Shown here in pieces: positions 24,101-36,897 of a DNA stretch of 38,492 nt (position 1 is its first letter; the number at the start of each line of letters is the position of its first letter). Source of the stretch: Paraglomus brasilianum (lineage: Eukaryota). The stretch spans positions 1 to 38,492 of the forward strand of contig CAJVPI010000257.1 of the NCBI GenBank assembly GCA_910592345.1. Direction: 5' to 3'. The notes under the pieces were generated by a model. It was not told the origin of the DNA and made no database searches. It saw nothing but the letters and a program-made list of their open reading frames with translations. The translations under genes were made by a program, and so were the position numbers.

Positions 24101-24457
24101 TAATAATAATAACAACAACCTTATCTCCCGTTGCAGTGATTGAATTTTATGAAAAAGGCACAATTGAACAACAAGCATTATTGTTGATTCTCGCATATAT
24201 GCACTTATGTGCCATGTCTCTTTATTAACGTATTCAAAGGGGGATACAAAATCTCTTTTTCTAATAATGCATACAAGTTAAACTCTTAATTACACATACA
24301 GCATCCGACATGAGCTATGGTTATTATGCTTATACAGTACAGTTATCAATAGAATCGGATAATGTGTAAATTGAAAAGGCTTGTATTCTATTGTCTATAG
24401 TAACACTTTAGTACTCACTAAACATATTAATATATTTATCCGTCTCAAAATACACCT

Positions 24458-25795
24458 TTACTTTCTAAAAATGTTTCTTAATTTCTCACCAAACCATCGC
24501 CTAGCGTCAGAAGCAGTTCCAAAAATCAACAAAATGACAAATGCGATCATTGGACCGGCAAAGTCAGACCAATCTGGACGTGGATCAAATGGTACGTTTT
24601 GAATAGTGTCCATAACGGTCCCGATGGAGGTCAACAGATTCAAAAGAAAGTATGCAATGGCAAAGGAAACCATACGGAGGGCAGCATTTCGAGTGACGTT
24701 ATTATTATTCCGGATTTTACTCGGACCCTCTAGCACATCTCTAACTTGCACGATAGCGTCAGGTTTATTTTCGCCATTAACGGGCTCGGTAATATCTGTC
24801 GTCATCGTCGTCGTCATTGTTGTTGTTGTTGTTGTTGTTGTTGTCTGTACCTTAATCTTGTCTAGTTGTTGTAATGCGTTCATCGGCATCGTCAAATTAT
24901 CGCTACTTGTGCGATAATCGCTTTGTCCATCCGATAACATTTGTGGATGATCGGCTTCAATATCAGTTGTTGTTGTTGCTGTTGTTGTCGTCGATTTTTT
25001 GGTAGACTGTAGTGCAAGCGTCGTACTGTTTTTGGAAGCGTCCGATCGTACGAATCGGCCCAAATGGCGAATTACCGCATACGCCGCGCCGAGGGAGAAA
25101 TACGTGCTTGCAGGAACTAATAGCAAACTTACACCATTGGCTCCCATCAGACGAACCCAAGTTGGATTGGCTATATCACTGGCGACGTAGGAAAAAAAAA
25201 AAAAAAGATCGTACAGCAGTGAATAAGTGTAGCATTGCTAATCTGTCAATAATTAAAGCTCGTATATTGAATGAAATACATACCAACGATAATTTCCACT
25301 CTTTACAGCTTCTGTCTTGATTGATATAATGGTTACCAGCATAGTTCCGACCACACAGAACGTGGCTATAAGTCCGTAACAATACCGATTAAACCTGTCG
25401 TCTCTTTTATTGTAAGCAATAAGACGGTATGCTTGAACGGTGAAGCAAAATCCGCTAGTCCAAAATGAAAAACCCGCCAATTGTCTCTATTTGTAGTGCA
25501 AAATGAAATGTGTAAAATGGGCTGCATTTGCTGCATTTAAATATTAACTCCGAATTTTGTACCTGAAACTTACCGCCATTGCTTGCGCATAGCAAACTCC
25601 TTCGGGAGCGCTATCCCAATCGAAATTATATATCAACCCCCCCAAAACATCCACTGCGTTACTAAACACAATGGTCGCTGAGAAGATGACCATCATTGGA
25701 TTTCTCGCACGAGCGAATGCTATGGCCATTATCGTAGCGCATATGAGGGACATGAAGGTAATTATGGCAAGAGAGCTTATCACCACATCGACCAT
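24458..25795 (-). CDS. 7-TM G-protein-coupled-receptor-like protein (cAMP-receptor/Git3-like type, ~381 aa)
   Basis: Exons 25574-25795, 25284-25486, 24458-25178 (1146 nt, in frame). CYAQA at the TM3 start, Cys in ECL2 (NYRCDI), long S/T-rich ICL3, AALRM before TM6, LIFGT at TM7. Confidence 0.8.
24817..24843. repeat. (TTG)9 microsatellite encoding poly-Thr in GPCR ICL3
   Basis: Nine perfect TTG units. A second, imperfect GTT run lies near 24966-24990. Confidence 0.9.
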
Positions 25796-28700
25796 TTTGC
25801 AGCTTTACAGTAAAAAGTAAAAGAGGGTAAAGAATCAAGAAGAGTCGAGAACAGCTATTACAAAATATAAGAACAATTTCCGGATCTAACGTTTAAGTGA
25901 CTAGCTTGGTATATATGTACAAATGAAAAAAAAGAGTTTGTTGGCTTTCCGTTCTGCTTGTGAAATCAGCGACGGGCAGATGCGTTATTTATAAGATCAA
26001 TGCCTGTATATTTAATTATACATCATTTACACTATAACGCAGGGACTTGTTATTCGCATAAATTTGACTAACTCTTACATAATAAATATGATAAAGCTGT
26101 CCTCATTATTAATAAGAGAGATGTAAATTTTGTTTATTAATAATGACACCTATGATTGAACGCCAAAGCTAACAAGATGAGGGGGGGCCATAGAAGGACG
26201 TAGACTTATTGGCTTTAATCGAATTCAAGCTTTCTAACTGGACCATCTCTATTCGGCAGAATTTCTTGGTATTGTCATGGCGAGTGTAATGCAAGCTTCG
26301 TAGGGATAACAGTAATGGCTATACGCCTGGACGTGATGACCTTTATTCGTTAATTTGGCTTTTAAAAATAGAAAACCAGCGACAAGCAAGGTTTTATGTC
26401 TTGGAGATGTCTTCTAGTGACGGTCTGAAGCTATTACTATTGCGTCCAAAACTCTAAACTACGATCGTTTAAGCGGCTTGAAATCAGGCACTAATACTAA
26501 TGCTAATGAAGTTACTACATTCTACATGAAACTAAATTTTACTGTTTTCACTCGCTATAATAATGCGTGAGAAAAATATGCATATGTGCTAGCTGGATAT
26601 TGGCTTCTTCTGTTACACTCTCTCATTTGGATAAACCCCCTTTAATAAAACCCCATGTTTATCGGCTAGAATAGTTGGCATACAATCAAAGAGTTTGAGT
26701 AATTGGTCAAGTATGATTACTTGACTCGGCGTCTATTGGTATCGTTGAGAACGGATGCCATTTCCCCGGACTGCTACCTTATTTATTACTATGGTTTTCA
26801 TATATCTTGACTATACCAATAAGAACGTCGATTTCCAGAATTAATCGAAAAAAAAACAAACCGATTGCTTAGGCCATCACACATGACACGGGATATCCAA
26901 TCTCAATGCGTTCAGTGTGTTTGGTAATAAATTACATAATTTATAGTGACACAAGACACCCCCTGACATTGGTCATTCTCACGTGTACGAAATGCTCAAT
27001 CGTCCGGGAAGTAATAACAAGACGCATAAAATTTTTGTGCACAATGAATTGTATGAGAAGCATTTGCAAATATGCATTGACCACAATACATCGATGATCG
27101 AATAGAACGTAGACGGGGGTTACGCAAAGTTTAGAGCGTAATTCCCTTTTTTATGCTTATCAGTAATCATTACTAGACAATTAGGCCACTTTGTTTTTAT
27201 TGCCGTTAATTACAAGTTTGCATCTGTTATCGATTAAACCTGTTAATTAAACCAGAAATGCTGTATTTTTGTCTGCCATTGAGTGTTGCAGCAATATAAG
27301 GAAATTAACCAAGAACGCCTCGACCATCACAAGCAGAAACGCAATTATGTGCGAGCGACTCGTTATTCGACCTTTAAAAATAATCACCCTGCGGACGAAG
27401 ATATTGTGGAGGTATAATGAGATTCCTGATTGTATCCCTTATAGAAACCCTCCCTTCCCTGGAATTGCAACTCGCAATTTCAGTATCAATTTTGTTGACA
27501 TTACCATTACCACTTCATCTCCTATACTAGTGGGAGTAAACCAGAAGCTTATAATGCGATGTGTACTATTTATGACGCGATTAAATAGCAGTGAATGAAT
27601 CGATCACTCTTACCGATAAAATGAGTGTTTGACTTTTTGGTGGTCTTTATTAGGCACACTTGCAGTTGACCACTATTAAAAAATACTACTTGTTTACAGT
27701 GTTGCTACTGATAACAGATACAGTAGATAACTATAGAAATCTGCCACAGGATAAACTGGAGAGTTATCTTAAATGCTGTATGTGTCACGCCCTACCTACC
27801 TGCACGTATACTTGGAAACATATTTCTATAGTCGATATGTGATGGCAGGGACTTTTCCTTTTTCTCTCTTCCTTCCAGAGTACTCATAAGTTCCACTGAA
27901 GGTACAACAGGGTTTGTACTGACGGGGAAGTTTCCTAGTCTCATAATATGCGAACCCTGGCCATTATGGTTTAGGCTCACGAGCTCATTCCAATCATCCC
28001 CATGGCTAGGTTCACAGGATGCTGACTGGTTTTGCCCTTCCAAGACTATCGTTACATTTAAATGAGTGTTTGAATATGCTTTGCTTGCTAGAGTATAGAG
28101 AATTGCCTCACTATTGATTGCAAGTCGAAAGAAATTAGTAATCAAGCGTCGAAGGATGTGGCGTGATTTAAAGTTTCAAATTAAATTGTCCCGATGTGGC
28201 AACTTTGTCAGCGCTTACGCATCTTGTCAGACCGTCTTTGTCATAGCGAGAGGAACACGTCACTACTGATTAGGAACGATATTTATATTAGCTTTTGTCA
28301 TGTCGTGACAGAGATTACGTACTAGAACCTGAAACTAGCTAAACAATATATTTAATATCACTTTTGGTCACCGTAGTAAAACAATAAACTTAAAGAATTA
28401 ATTAATATGTAATCAACACACGGACCTCCCGGATCGGTGTTGTCTTAACCATTTATGTATATAGATGCTCCGCAGTTAATGGTTCGATAACATTCCTACT
28501 TCGAATCGAACGATACATACTGTATAGTTATTCATTAAAACAGCCATTTGAAATATAAGAAGCTTCTTTTCCCTTTATTCCTTGCAGGGGTTCACGGGTA
28601 ATCAATTTACGTGAAAGTATTTTTGAATCTGCGGGGTCGAGAACATACAGTCCCCTGACAGACAGTATGTTTACTTGGAAAGGTTATGTGATTGAGATCG

Positions 28701-29951
28701 TATGGGAATAAGATAAACTGATAAGCAAGCTTGCTTTCAGGAAATGAGTGAGCAAATGAGACGGTGTTGACGAGTGCTTGTTAAATTAATCTGGATTCGT
28801 TATTATTATACATATCTTATTTAGCCAATAATCAAAAGTTGAATAGCGGTTTAAGTGACCACTGAGTACATGGTTAATGAGTAGTCTTGTAACCCGGGTA
28901 TGTTAATTCGGTTATTAAAGGATAAATGAACTTGATTACAAAAAAAGAAGTTTGCAACAGAAGGGATTTGCTTAATACGAATTTGATAATGATATGATAC
29001 CATCAGGTGATTGTTGCTCCCCCACAACGTAATTGTCATAAAAGGAAGCAACCTCGTTTTAAGCTTAGCGTAATAATAGTGTGGGGTATTAGTATGCACA
29101 TAAGGTGAGCTTCACTTGAAAGACTTTTAGACGGATCAAGTTTCATGAACGTATCAGACTGTATTGTATGATAAGCATAAAGTTGAAAAGAATAAGTATT
29201 AATTAATTCATACATTGTGATTCCGTGCATTCGGGTACCGTTACCTGATCGTGAAAAGAGTCCTGCTCTCCAAACCATTGCAGATGTTATGACGCCTGCT
29301 GTGTAGCTCAAGCACATGTACATACCAGCAGCATATCGTGAGAAGGTACGAGTGCAGACAGAAACTTTACCATTTTCGAACTTGTGGTTTTTGCATTCAG
29401 TAAAACTTTCACATGAGAACATGCCGGACAAATTTAACCGAGAATCAGTCATATGACTACAGACATCAATCACGCTAATTGTTTAAAATTGGGTTGATAG
29501 ACCAACACGCCATCATACACGATTGGCTATGCATAAGAGAATCATCTTTTATTACACGAGTCGTCAGTTATCTTTACACCAATAACACTACACTTGCCCA
29601 TGGTAAAACAGTTAGTATGGGGCAATGTCACCCCCACTCGGGTTTCGATTGATACTACAATAACAATCTGTACATTTATGGATTAGTACTACTTGGTTAC
29701 AGCCGAGATGAGGATTTCTTTGTATTAGGCTACCATGCAATGTTAAATTTCATACGGAATTAGAAGTCTCCCCGCATGTTAGACATGAACAACGTCTTTT
29801 TTCCTGATCACACATATATAAACACCCTCGCTGTTTGCTTGCATTCACACACCAAACATTTCTTGTAAATAAGTCATTATTTGTAATTATTAACAACCCA
29901 ACCAGACCTCCCTGACAATAGCAGACTGCAGAGATCAATAAATCATCAATA

Positions 29952-31298
29952 ATGGGGACACATCAGTCAAAGGGCAGAAAGCATCATAGTCCAAAGGAAA
30001 AGCGACTACCACTTAACTCGGTGTCTACGGAATCCTATGCAAGCAGAGCTACCAACGTCAACCCAATGTATAAAGTCATCGACGGCAGACGGTATCTAGT
30101 GAGCAACAATGCAATCTATCGTCTTCCGATTGACGATGCTGAGGTGGACAGATTGCATCTTCAACATTATACCTATCGATATTATTATGGAAGTAATTGC
30201 TCCGCACCAGTTGAGGAAATGCTAAAGCAGGGACGGGCGAGAGTTCTAGATGTGGGGTATGTAAATAGGTTACTGGCATTGCATTAGTTGTGTTTGTTAT
30301 GGTTAGTCCAAACATTCGGATATACTTTTTATTGCTTGTCTTGCTTGTCCTACAGTTACACAACAGTGTTGTCACATTATGTGCATGTGAGAATTGCAAT
30401 CTGATATTTATTCGATCTTCCTCATTTTTTCTAGTTGCGGCGCGGCAACATGGTTACTGGAAATGGCAACAGAATATCCGACATGCTTTTTCACCGGTAT
30501 CGATATTTCGCCAATGTTCCCCACTGAAATCAAACCAAAGAACGTTCATTTCATACAACGCAACGCAATCGACGGACTTCCCTTTCCTGATGGGACATTC
30601 GACTTTGTATTTATGAGAATGATGTATTTGTCGTTTACATCAGACCAATGGGAAAATGTTATAGTGAGAGAACTTTCGAGAGTGCTAAAACCGGGTGGAT
30701 GGCTCGAGTTGATGGAATGCGACCAGTCTCTATCTGATATGGGGCCATTGACGACGGATTATGCAGATAAAGGTAGAGTAAACGACAAGACAAGGGTTCA
30801 CATGCGATGCGCTACGAGTAGTATTTGTGGTTAATAAATTGCCTTGTCTTTTTTCTTTATTAGCCAGCGGAATATTAGAAGATTTGGGTATTCCTATGAA
30901 TTTAACAGAATTGATGCCGGATTACATAGATACAGTTGGTTGCTTTGAGGAACTGACAGCTGAACCTCGAGAAATACCAATTGGGACCTGGGGAGGAAAC
31001 TTATCGCAGATGGTAAGATTGTCATGTCACACAAATTGATGCTTGGCGTGCAAACTTTCAAAAAAAGCTAACGCTAATAAAAAACCATTACTCTTTTTCG
31101 ATATAGTATCTTGATAATGTGGCTGCGGCTTACCAAACATTGCGAACGTCTGTTAATAGATACAATATCAGTGCAGAGAAATGGGACGAGATAACCCAAG
31201 AAGTCAAACGCGAAATAAACGAGAGACACTGCTCGGTTCGATCGATAAGATTTTATGCACAAAAGAGGGATACCGGGAAACTGATGTCATTAAAATGA
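29952..31298 (+). CDS. Class I SAM-dependent methyltransferase (LaeA-like fungal family, ~327 aa)
   Basis: Exons 29952-30256, 30435-30772, 30864-31012, 31107-31298 (984 nt, in frame). Motifs YRLP.D..E.DRL..QH, VLDVGCG, GIDIS, LPFPDGTFDFVFMR, RVLKPGGWLELME, IPIGTWG, FYAQK. Confidence 0.92.
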
Positions 31299-31460
31299 CG
31301 ATCCATAGGCGTTATGTCATTATTGTCATTTCTTTTTTGTAAAGTATAAATATATAACACTTGGTGGTTTGATATAAATAGCTTGGGCTTTGCATTTTAT
31401 TTACCGCAAAGAAAAAAAAACACAATTGTTAATAAAATACAGCATTTATCGCTTGTTCAC

Positions 31461-32244
31461 TTAGTATCCTAATACATCGTTGATAAGCACAACTGTCACT
31501 CTATTGTATGAAACTTTTTTAATAATTGCATAGTTGGCTATGGTGGAACTTGGTACCCCCTCGTAGGTAATTCGCACACGAGCAGATTCCAGTTCATATG
31601 CGTATTTCTCGACCCTCTTGATTGCATCGGGTAGGTCCTTTACTATTTTATTGGTACCAGTCACGACTATCAGGTTGGCAGCGACAAGCCATCCACCAAC
31701 ACGGGTACCGCTCATATCAACACCAACCTATACAAAGTATACAAATTTTTATTAGGATTGATTGTAGAACGCACATGCACCTGACATATATGATTGATAA
31801 TATGTTCGATACACTTACGATAGCTCCATCTTCGGTAACGGCAGATGCACCAGATAGATAGTAGTCGACTGTAGCTCCGACAGTCCTTCTCAATTCCATA
31901 CTCTTTACAAAATCGGTCTCGGCCAATATTTTGCTGTGTACATTGTCCCAGCCAGTCTCACCCTTTAGATACTCGATGAATCCAATCTCTTCCAATGTAG
32001 TAGAATGAGCGTTGTTGACAGATTTACCAGCTGGAATAATTGTCTTTAGCAATTCACGAGCTTCTTCTCTAGTGTCTTTTACGTGGACGGTAAACCCATT
32101 GGCTTCAAGTGCGGCCTTGGTGCGAGCAACCGAATCTTCAGGTGCCACTTTGGCATATTTTTCATATTCGAGATTTTTCACAGCCTCGTCTGTTTGTTTG
32201 AGAGCGCTATATACATCTTGAGGGCGGTTATTGGCGATAGTCAT
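31461..32244 (-). CDS. LUD-domain (lactate-utilisation LutC/YkgG/DUF1121-like) protein (~230 aa)
   Basis: Exons 31819-32244 and 31461-31727 (693 nt, in frame). Motifs ALEANGF, STTLEEIG, DYYLSGASAVTEDG, DMSGTRV, IVVTGTNKIVKDL..A..R, and terminal V.VVL....LGY. Confidence 0.88.
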
Positions 32245-32468
32245 TGTGTAAGCAGATTAACTTTTATTCAGAACCAGAAAATGCTCTTAATTCAATCTCG
32301 ACTTTTCATCGGTCGTTTATATATAAACCAACTGTGGTGTCACAACAAATATTTAAGTTAGCTAACGTGTATCGGGAATGTTTTGTGAAACAATACAGAT
32401 TAGTAATCTTTATGACGTATCAGTATTGCTGAATAATAAGAAACAGCACGATTACAAACATAGAAATG

Positions 32469-32649
32469 AACGAAAACCTTTGTCCATTGTTGTATTTACA
32501 ATAAGCAGCAATGCTTTTTACATTGATTTGAAGCAAATTGATTGTCTTATAACAATGGGTTTATTTCAAAAAGTACAAGCAATTCACTTCAAATCAATGT
32601 AAAAAGCATTGCTGCTTATTGTAAATACAACAATGAAAAAGTTTTCGTT
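32469..32649. repeat. Long inverted repeat / fold-back (MITE-like) element
   Basis: 32485-32533 is the perfect reverse complement of 32587-32635 (49 bp). Pairing extends inward to about 61 bp with 3 mismatches and outward via AACGAAAAC/GTTTTCGTT, leaving a loop of about 30 bp. No TSD identified. Confidence 0.9.
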
Positions 32650-33032
32650 TTCACAAACTTTTCGGTATCCACTGTAATTTGATGCACGGGTGAGATTACG
32701 ATACTTTTGATCTCGGCATTGATAATCTATTTCGCCGTTAAACTTTTTGAATTAGTATGTTGTGTACTACTCTACTGCTTGTGGAACATCATGTAGCACA
32801 TACTGTACTACGGTACTATTACTATTCCATCCAGGTCTCCAAAATTAGTCAGCCGATAAGATAGGGCTGAGATGTGCTGCGGATAATAAGATTTGTAATG
32901 ATACACGTAACCTACATTCGTTGGCATTAGTAATAAAGTAACTCTTGAGGGCAGCCGATTTAGAGTTTGCTAAAACGCAGACTATTTTATTTGTTATTTA
33001 AGTCTACCATACTATTTATATTCAGCTATTAC

Positions 33033-33059
33033 TTATCATTATCATTATCATTATCATTA
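33033..33059. repeat. (TTATCA)4 hexamer repeat just downstream of the Cu-ATPase stop
   Basis: TTATCA x4 followed by TTA. Confidence 0.8.
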
Positions 33060-33090
33060 GACGTTTACAAAAAGAAACAACTATCTATAA

Positions 33091-36000
33091 TTATTTCTCT
33101 CTGAATTTTCTTAGCAGTAAACTACTTAATACAACGCTAACTGAACTACAGACCATTAACAAACCGGCCAATTCGGGCGGCAAACTCTTCTTAGATAAAG
33201 GAAAGAATACTCCGGCTGCTATTGGAATAACAATAGTATTGTACAAAAACGCCCACACAAAATTAATTCTTATTCTTTTGATTATCGCCTGAGATAACTG
33301 TATCATTGTCGTAAGTGACTTGAGTGTAGATCGAGCGAGGATAACGGAAGCCGACTCGATTGCAATGTCTGTGCCAGATGCGATTGATATTCCTAGATCG
33401 GCTTGAGCCAACGCTGGCGAATCGTTTATTCCATCTCCAATCATGGCTACAACTGGCCTCTCGTTGCTGGTCTTGTCAACTGCATAACCACCATTATCAA
33501 GCTCTTTTGTTGTCTTCTTTCCCATGGTTTGCGGAGATTCAACTATTCTTATCCGTCGCTGAAGCCATTTAACCTTTTCTGCCTTGTTCTCGGGCGTCAC
33601 TTGAGCAATGACGTTATCAATGTTTAATTGTTTGGCAACAGTATTGGCTGCAGTAGGATGATCGCCGGTAATCATCCATACATCTATCCCCTTATCTTTC
33701 AACCAATTCACCGTATAGGCAGCGTCTGTGCGAATAGTGTCGGCAATTCCAAATTGAGCAATAATCAGATTAGCGCTCGAACCGCTTACTTCATTCATCA
33801 TGGTAGCACCCACTACAACAATGGACTGCCCTTGTTCACGCCATTTTTGGATTTGTTCAGTTGTACTTTCTTCAGACAAGCCAGGCGGATAACAAAAACC
33901 AAGGGATTTAACCCATTCGTAACTGCCGATACAGACATTATATTTTGTAGTTTGAGCAGGTACGCATGACTTGCATGGAATAAGTGTGGACGATAGTAGG
34001 GATGTTACACTGACGGTGGCTTGCAGTCCTTTTCCAGGCACTTCTGTTGCTGCATCCAATACAACGTCATCGGTTTCTGTCTCTTCTTGAAGCTTGCGGG
34101 TAGTCATTTGACAAACGGCGAGGGCGAGTGGATGATTACTTGCTGACTCGACTAATCCGATAATCTGTAGTATCAGTTTTCTTTGCTGCAACGTACGTCG
34201 ATCACTACGTACGCGATTGATGAATAATCTACAGTTAACGACCGCCGGTCTCCCACGTGTTAGAGTGCCAGTCTTGTCAAATACAATGGTATTAATACGG
34301 CTGGCCATTTGTATTGCTTCTCCTCCTCCCTTAATTAGGATTCCAAATTTAGCTGCTACTCCTGTGCCGACCATTATGGCAGTTGGAGATGCCAATCCCA
34401 TTGCACATGGACAGGCAATAACCAATACGGAAATACCAAAGAATAGCGCAAACACTGGATAACTCTGACTTTCTGGTATCCATTCTTTGGGAAACGCGTT
34501 GAGCGCTCCGAGTATAAGCCATATTAAAAAGTCAATCGTTGCAATTAGTATCACAGCTGGAACAAAATATTGTGATATTTTATCGGCTAATACTTCGATT
34601 GGTGCCTTTTTTGATGCTTGTGCTTCTTGTATAAGAGTAATAATTCGGGCAAGTGTGGTGTCTGTTCCAACGTGTGTCGCTTGGATCCAAGTCGTCGAGT
34701 TGAGATTGAGCGTTGCAGAGAATACCTGGTCTCCTAGGGATTTAACGACTGGAATTGGTTCACCGGTAAGCATTGACTCGTCAATAGTAGCGATGCCGCG
34801 AGTAATTACTCCGTCGCAGGGAAACTTTGCTCCAGCATTGACTTTGAGAATATCGTTGACTGCACACACGCGGTTAAAAAAAAAAGAGGGAATTATAAAC
34901 TTGAGCCGTTTATTAACTAACGTTACAGAGCAACCTTTAACATTTGGTTTACTTTACCTTGTATTAATTCAAAGTCAATTTCCTTTTCGGTTTCTTCATT
35001 ATTTTCTGCTACCTCCACTAATGTTGCCTTTTCTGGTTGTAGTTCCATTAATTTGGTGATACTCTCAAATGTTTTCCCTTTAGCCATAACTTCCATCAAT
35101 TTGCCCAACCATATGAATGTAATTAAAAACACAGATGTCTCGAAGAATTCGCCTCCATAATTTTTACTTTTCTCAGAAATTGCTATCATTACGGTGGCGA
35201 TGGATCCGAAATAAGAGACAGATGTTCCAATAGCAACAAGCGTCTCCATGTTAGCCACATGAGCATAGCGCAGTGACTTGTATGCTTTCATATAGAATGG
35301 AGCTCCAAGATAAAATTGAACGGGAGTGGCTATTACAAACAAAATAACGGTAGCCACATCCAAACCGGGTATAATTTCAGTACGAAATTTCATTTTAATT
35401 GGATGGTCATCTGGTAGCCACATTATTATAACCATTGATATGACGAATGTAGGAATTGCGGCAGCGAGAGAAAGAAGGAACCTTTTTTTGAGTAGTTGGG
35501 TTTGCTTTCTTGCTCTCTCTTGTATCAAGTTTCTATTTGTCTGTGCTATTATTAATTTAGCTTCATAGCCCACACTCTCGATTGCATCTATCAAATCGCG
35601 AGGCCCGGCAAGTTGTAATTCGTGTTCTATCGAAGCTTCATTTAGTAACAAGTTGACAGTAGCTGTTAATACTCCTGGCAATTTTTGCAAAGTGTCTTGA
35701 ACAACCTTGACACAAGAAGCGCAGGTCATTCCAGTAATAGCCAATCGAGTGGTTACAGGGGATAAATCAACATCGTCACCTTTGGGTTTGCTAGCTCTGC
35801 TGAAAACTGAAGAAGCAAGCGACATGTGCTTGAATTCGTGTTGAGTAACAGTAACTGACTCCACATCGTATCCTATGCTCTCAACCGTATCCCTAATTAC
35901 GGATGAAGTGAGAGTTGAATCCGTGAAAACAAAACGAGTGTCTCCGGTGAGTAGGTTTACAGAGACCGAGTCAGCGACAACTGATGGAAGTGATTTGATG

Positions 36001-36137
36001 GTTTTCTCGATTATCGATACACAACTAGCGCAGGTAATTCCCAGAATAACAAGTGATGCTTTGTACTGTTCATTAGGTGATGGCACTACGTTAACGATGA
36101 TGGGGATAACATCATCATCGCTTTTGGCTGGAGACAT
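33091..36137 (-). CDS. Copper-transporting P1B-type ATPase (ATP7/Ccc2/CopA family, ~982 aa)
   Basis: Exons 34958-36137 and 33091-34859 (2949 nt, in frame). Two HMA domains (GITCASC, GMTCASC), TGEP, IACPC, DKTGTLT, SNHP, TGD, GDGINDSP, YN and M..SS Cu(I) ligands. Confidence 0.97.
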
Positions 36138-36897
36138 TATGAAGCATCAACACTTCCACAGAGTCCTGATCAGCGAATAATAGTCTTGGGTGCGTCGTGA
36201 TTTTTTTTTATTAGCTTGTAAGTTTTTCTGAAGCACTGTTTATATAGCATTGCTATCTAGCTATAATAGATAGGTCAGTGGATCATAGAATACGATCATT
36301 AATTTTAGAATAGTTCACCACAGCTCATATGATAATATGGTTACTCAAATTTGAGCGATTTTTGCGTTTGGCAACATGACATCGGCATCAACTGTTTTGG
36401 CAGTAATTTCTGAGTAATAGTAATGTTAATTTGGAGGTGTTTCCGCATGTCACATTCATTACCAATATATCTTTATTCACTTGGACGTTGGGAGCTACGT
36501 ATTCATTTAACTTCCTAGAACGACTTTAACTCACTACTATAACATTTAATTCATATGATAATGTATTTTTGGTTGCAAAAAAAAGGGGTTGTTTTTTGAC
36601 GCATGTTTTCCCACAACTTTTTACGGGCAATGTAGGTGTGTATTACGCAAGAGTCAATGATACAAAATGACAACCTTCATCGTCTACACCCCCCTGACGA
36701 AATTATAAGTGCAAGACGAAATTTTACTAAAGCATATGAAACCCCTTTATTTTCGAAAATCTCTATTGTCCATATAAGCCTTTGTAACCCACAATGATTT
36801 TGGTACCGTTTTGAAGCTAATTGACTGTATTTTTCGAAAAGAATGGTGCTGTAGGATCTTACAAATTACCGAATAATTGTATTAATGTTCATCGTAC

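Noticed and set aside
26293..26316. AAGCTTCGTAGGGATAACAGTAAT resembles the I-SceI site / mitochondrial LSU rRNA motif TAGGGATAACAGGGTAAT
   Set aside because: It lacks two G residues and neither flank continues any rRNA-like sequence. Probably chance, at most a tiny NUMT.
27269..29473. ORFs of 109-145 aa (27269-27598, 27792-28145, 29036-29473)
   Set aside because: Non-ATG starts, no recognisable domains and no consistent exon chain. Treated as spurious or unidentifiable relics.
36340..36360. CTCAAATTTGAG palindrome and GCTCA cores upstream of the Cu-ATPase as copper-response elements
   Set aside because: No full match to the Mac1-type TTTGC(T/G)C(A/G) element, and short AT-rich palindromes are expected by chance.
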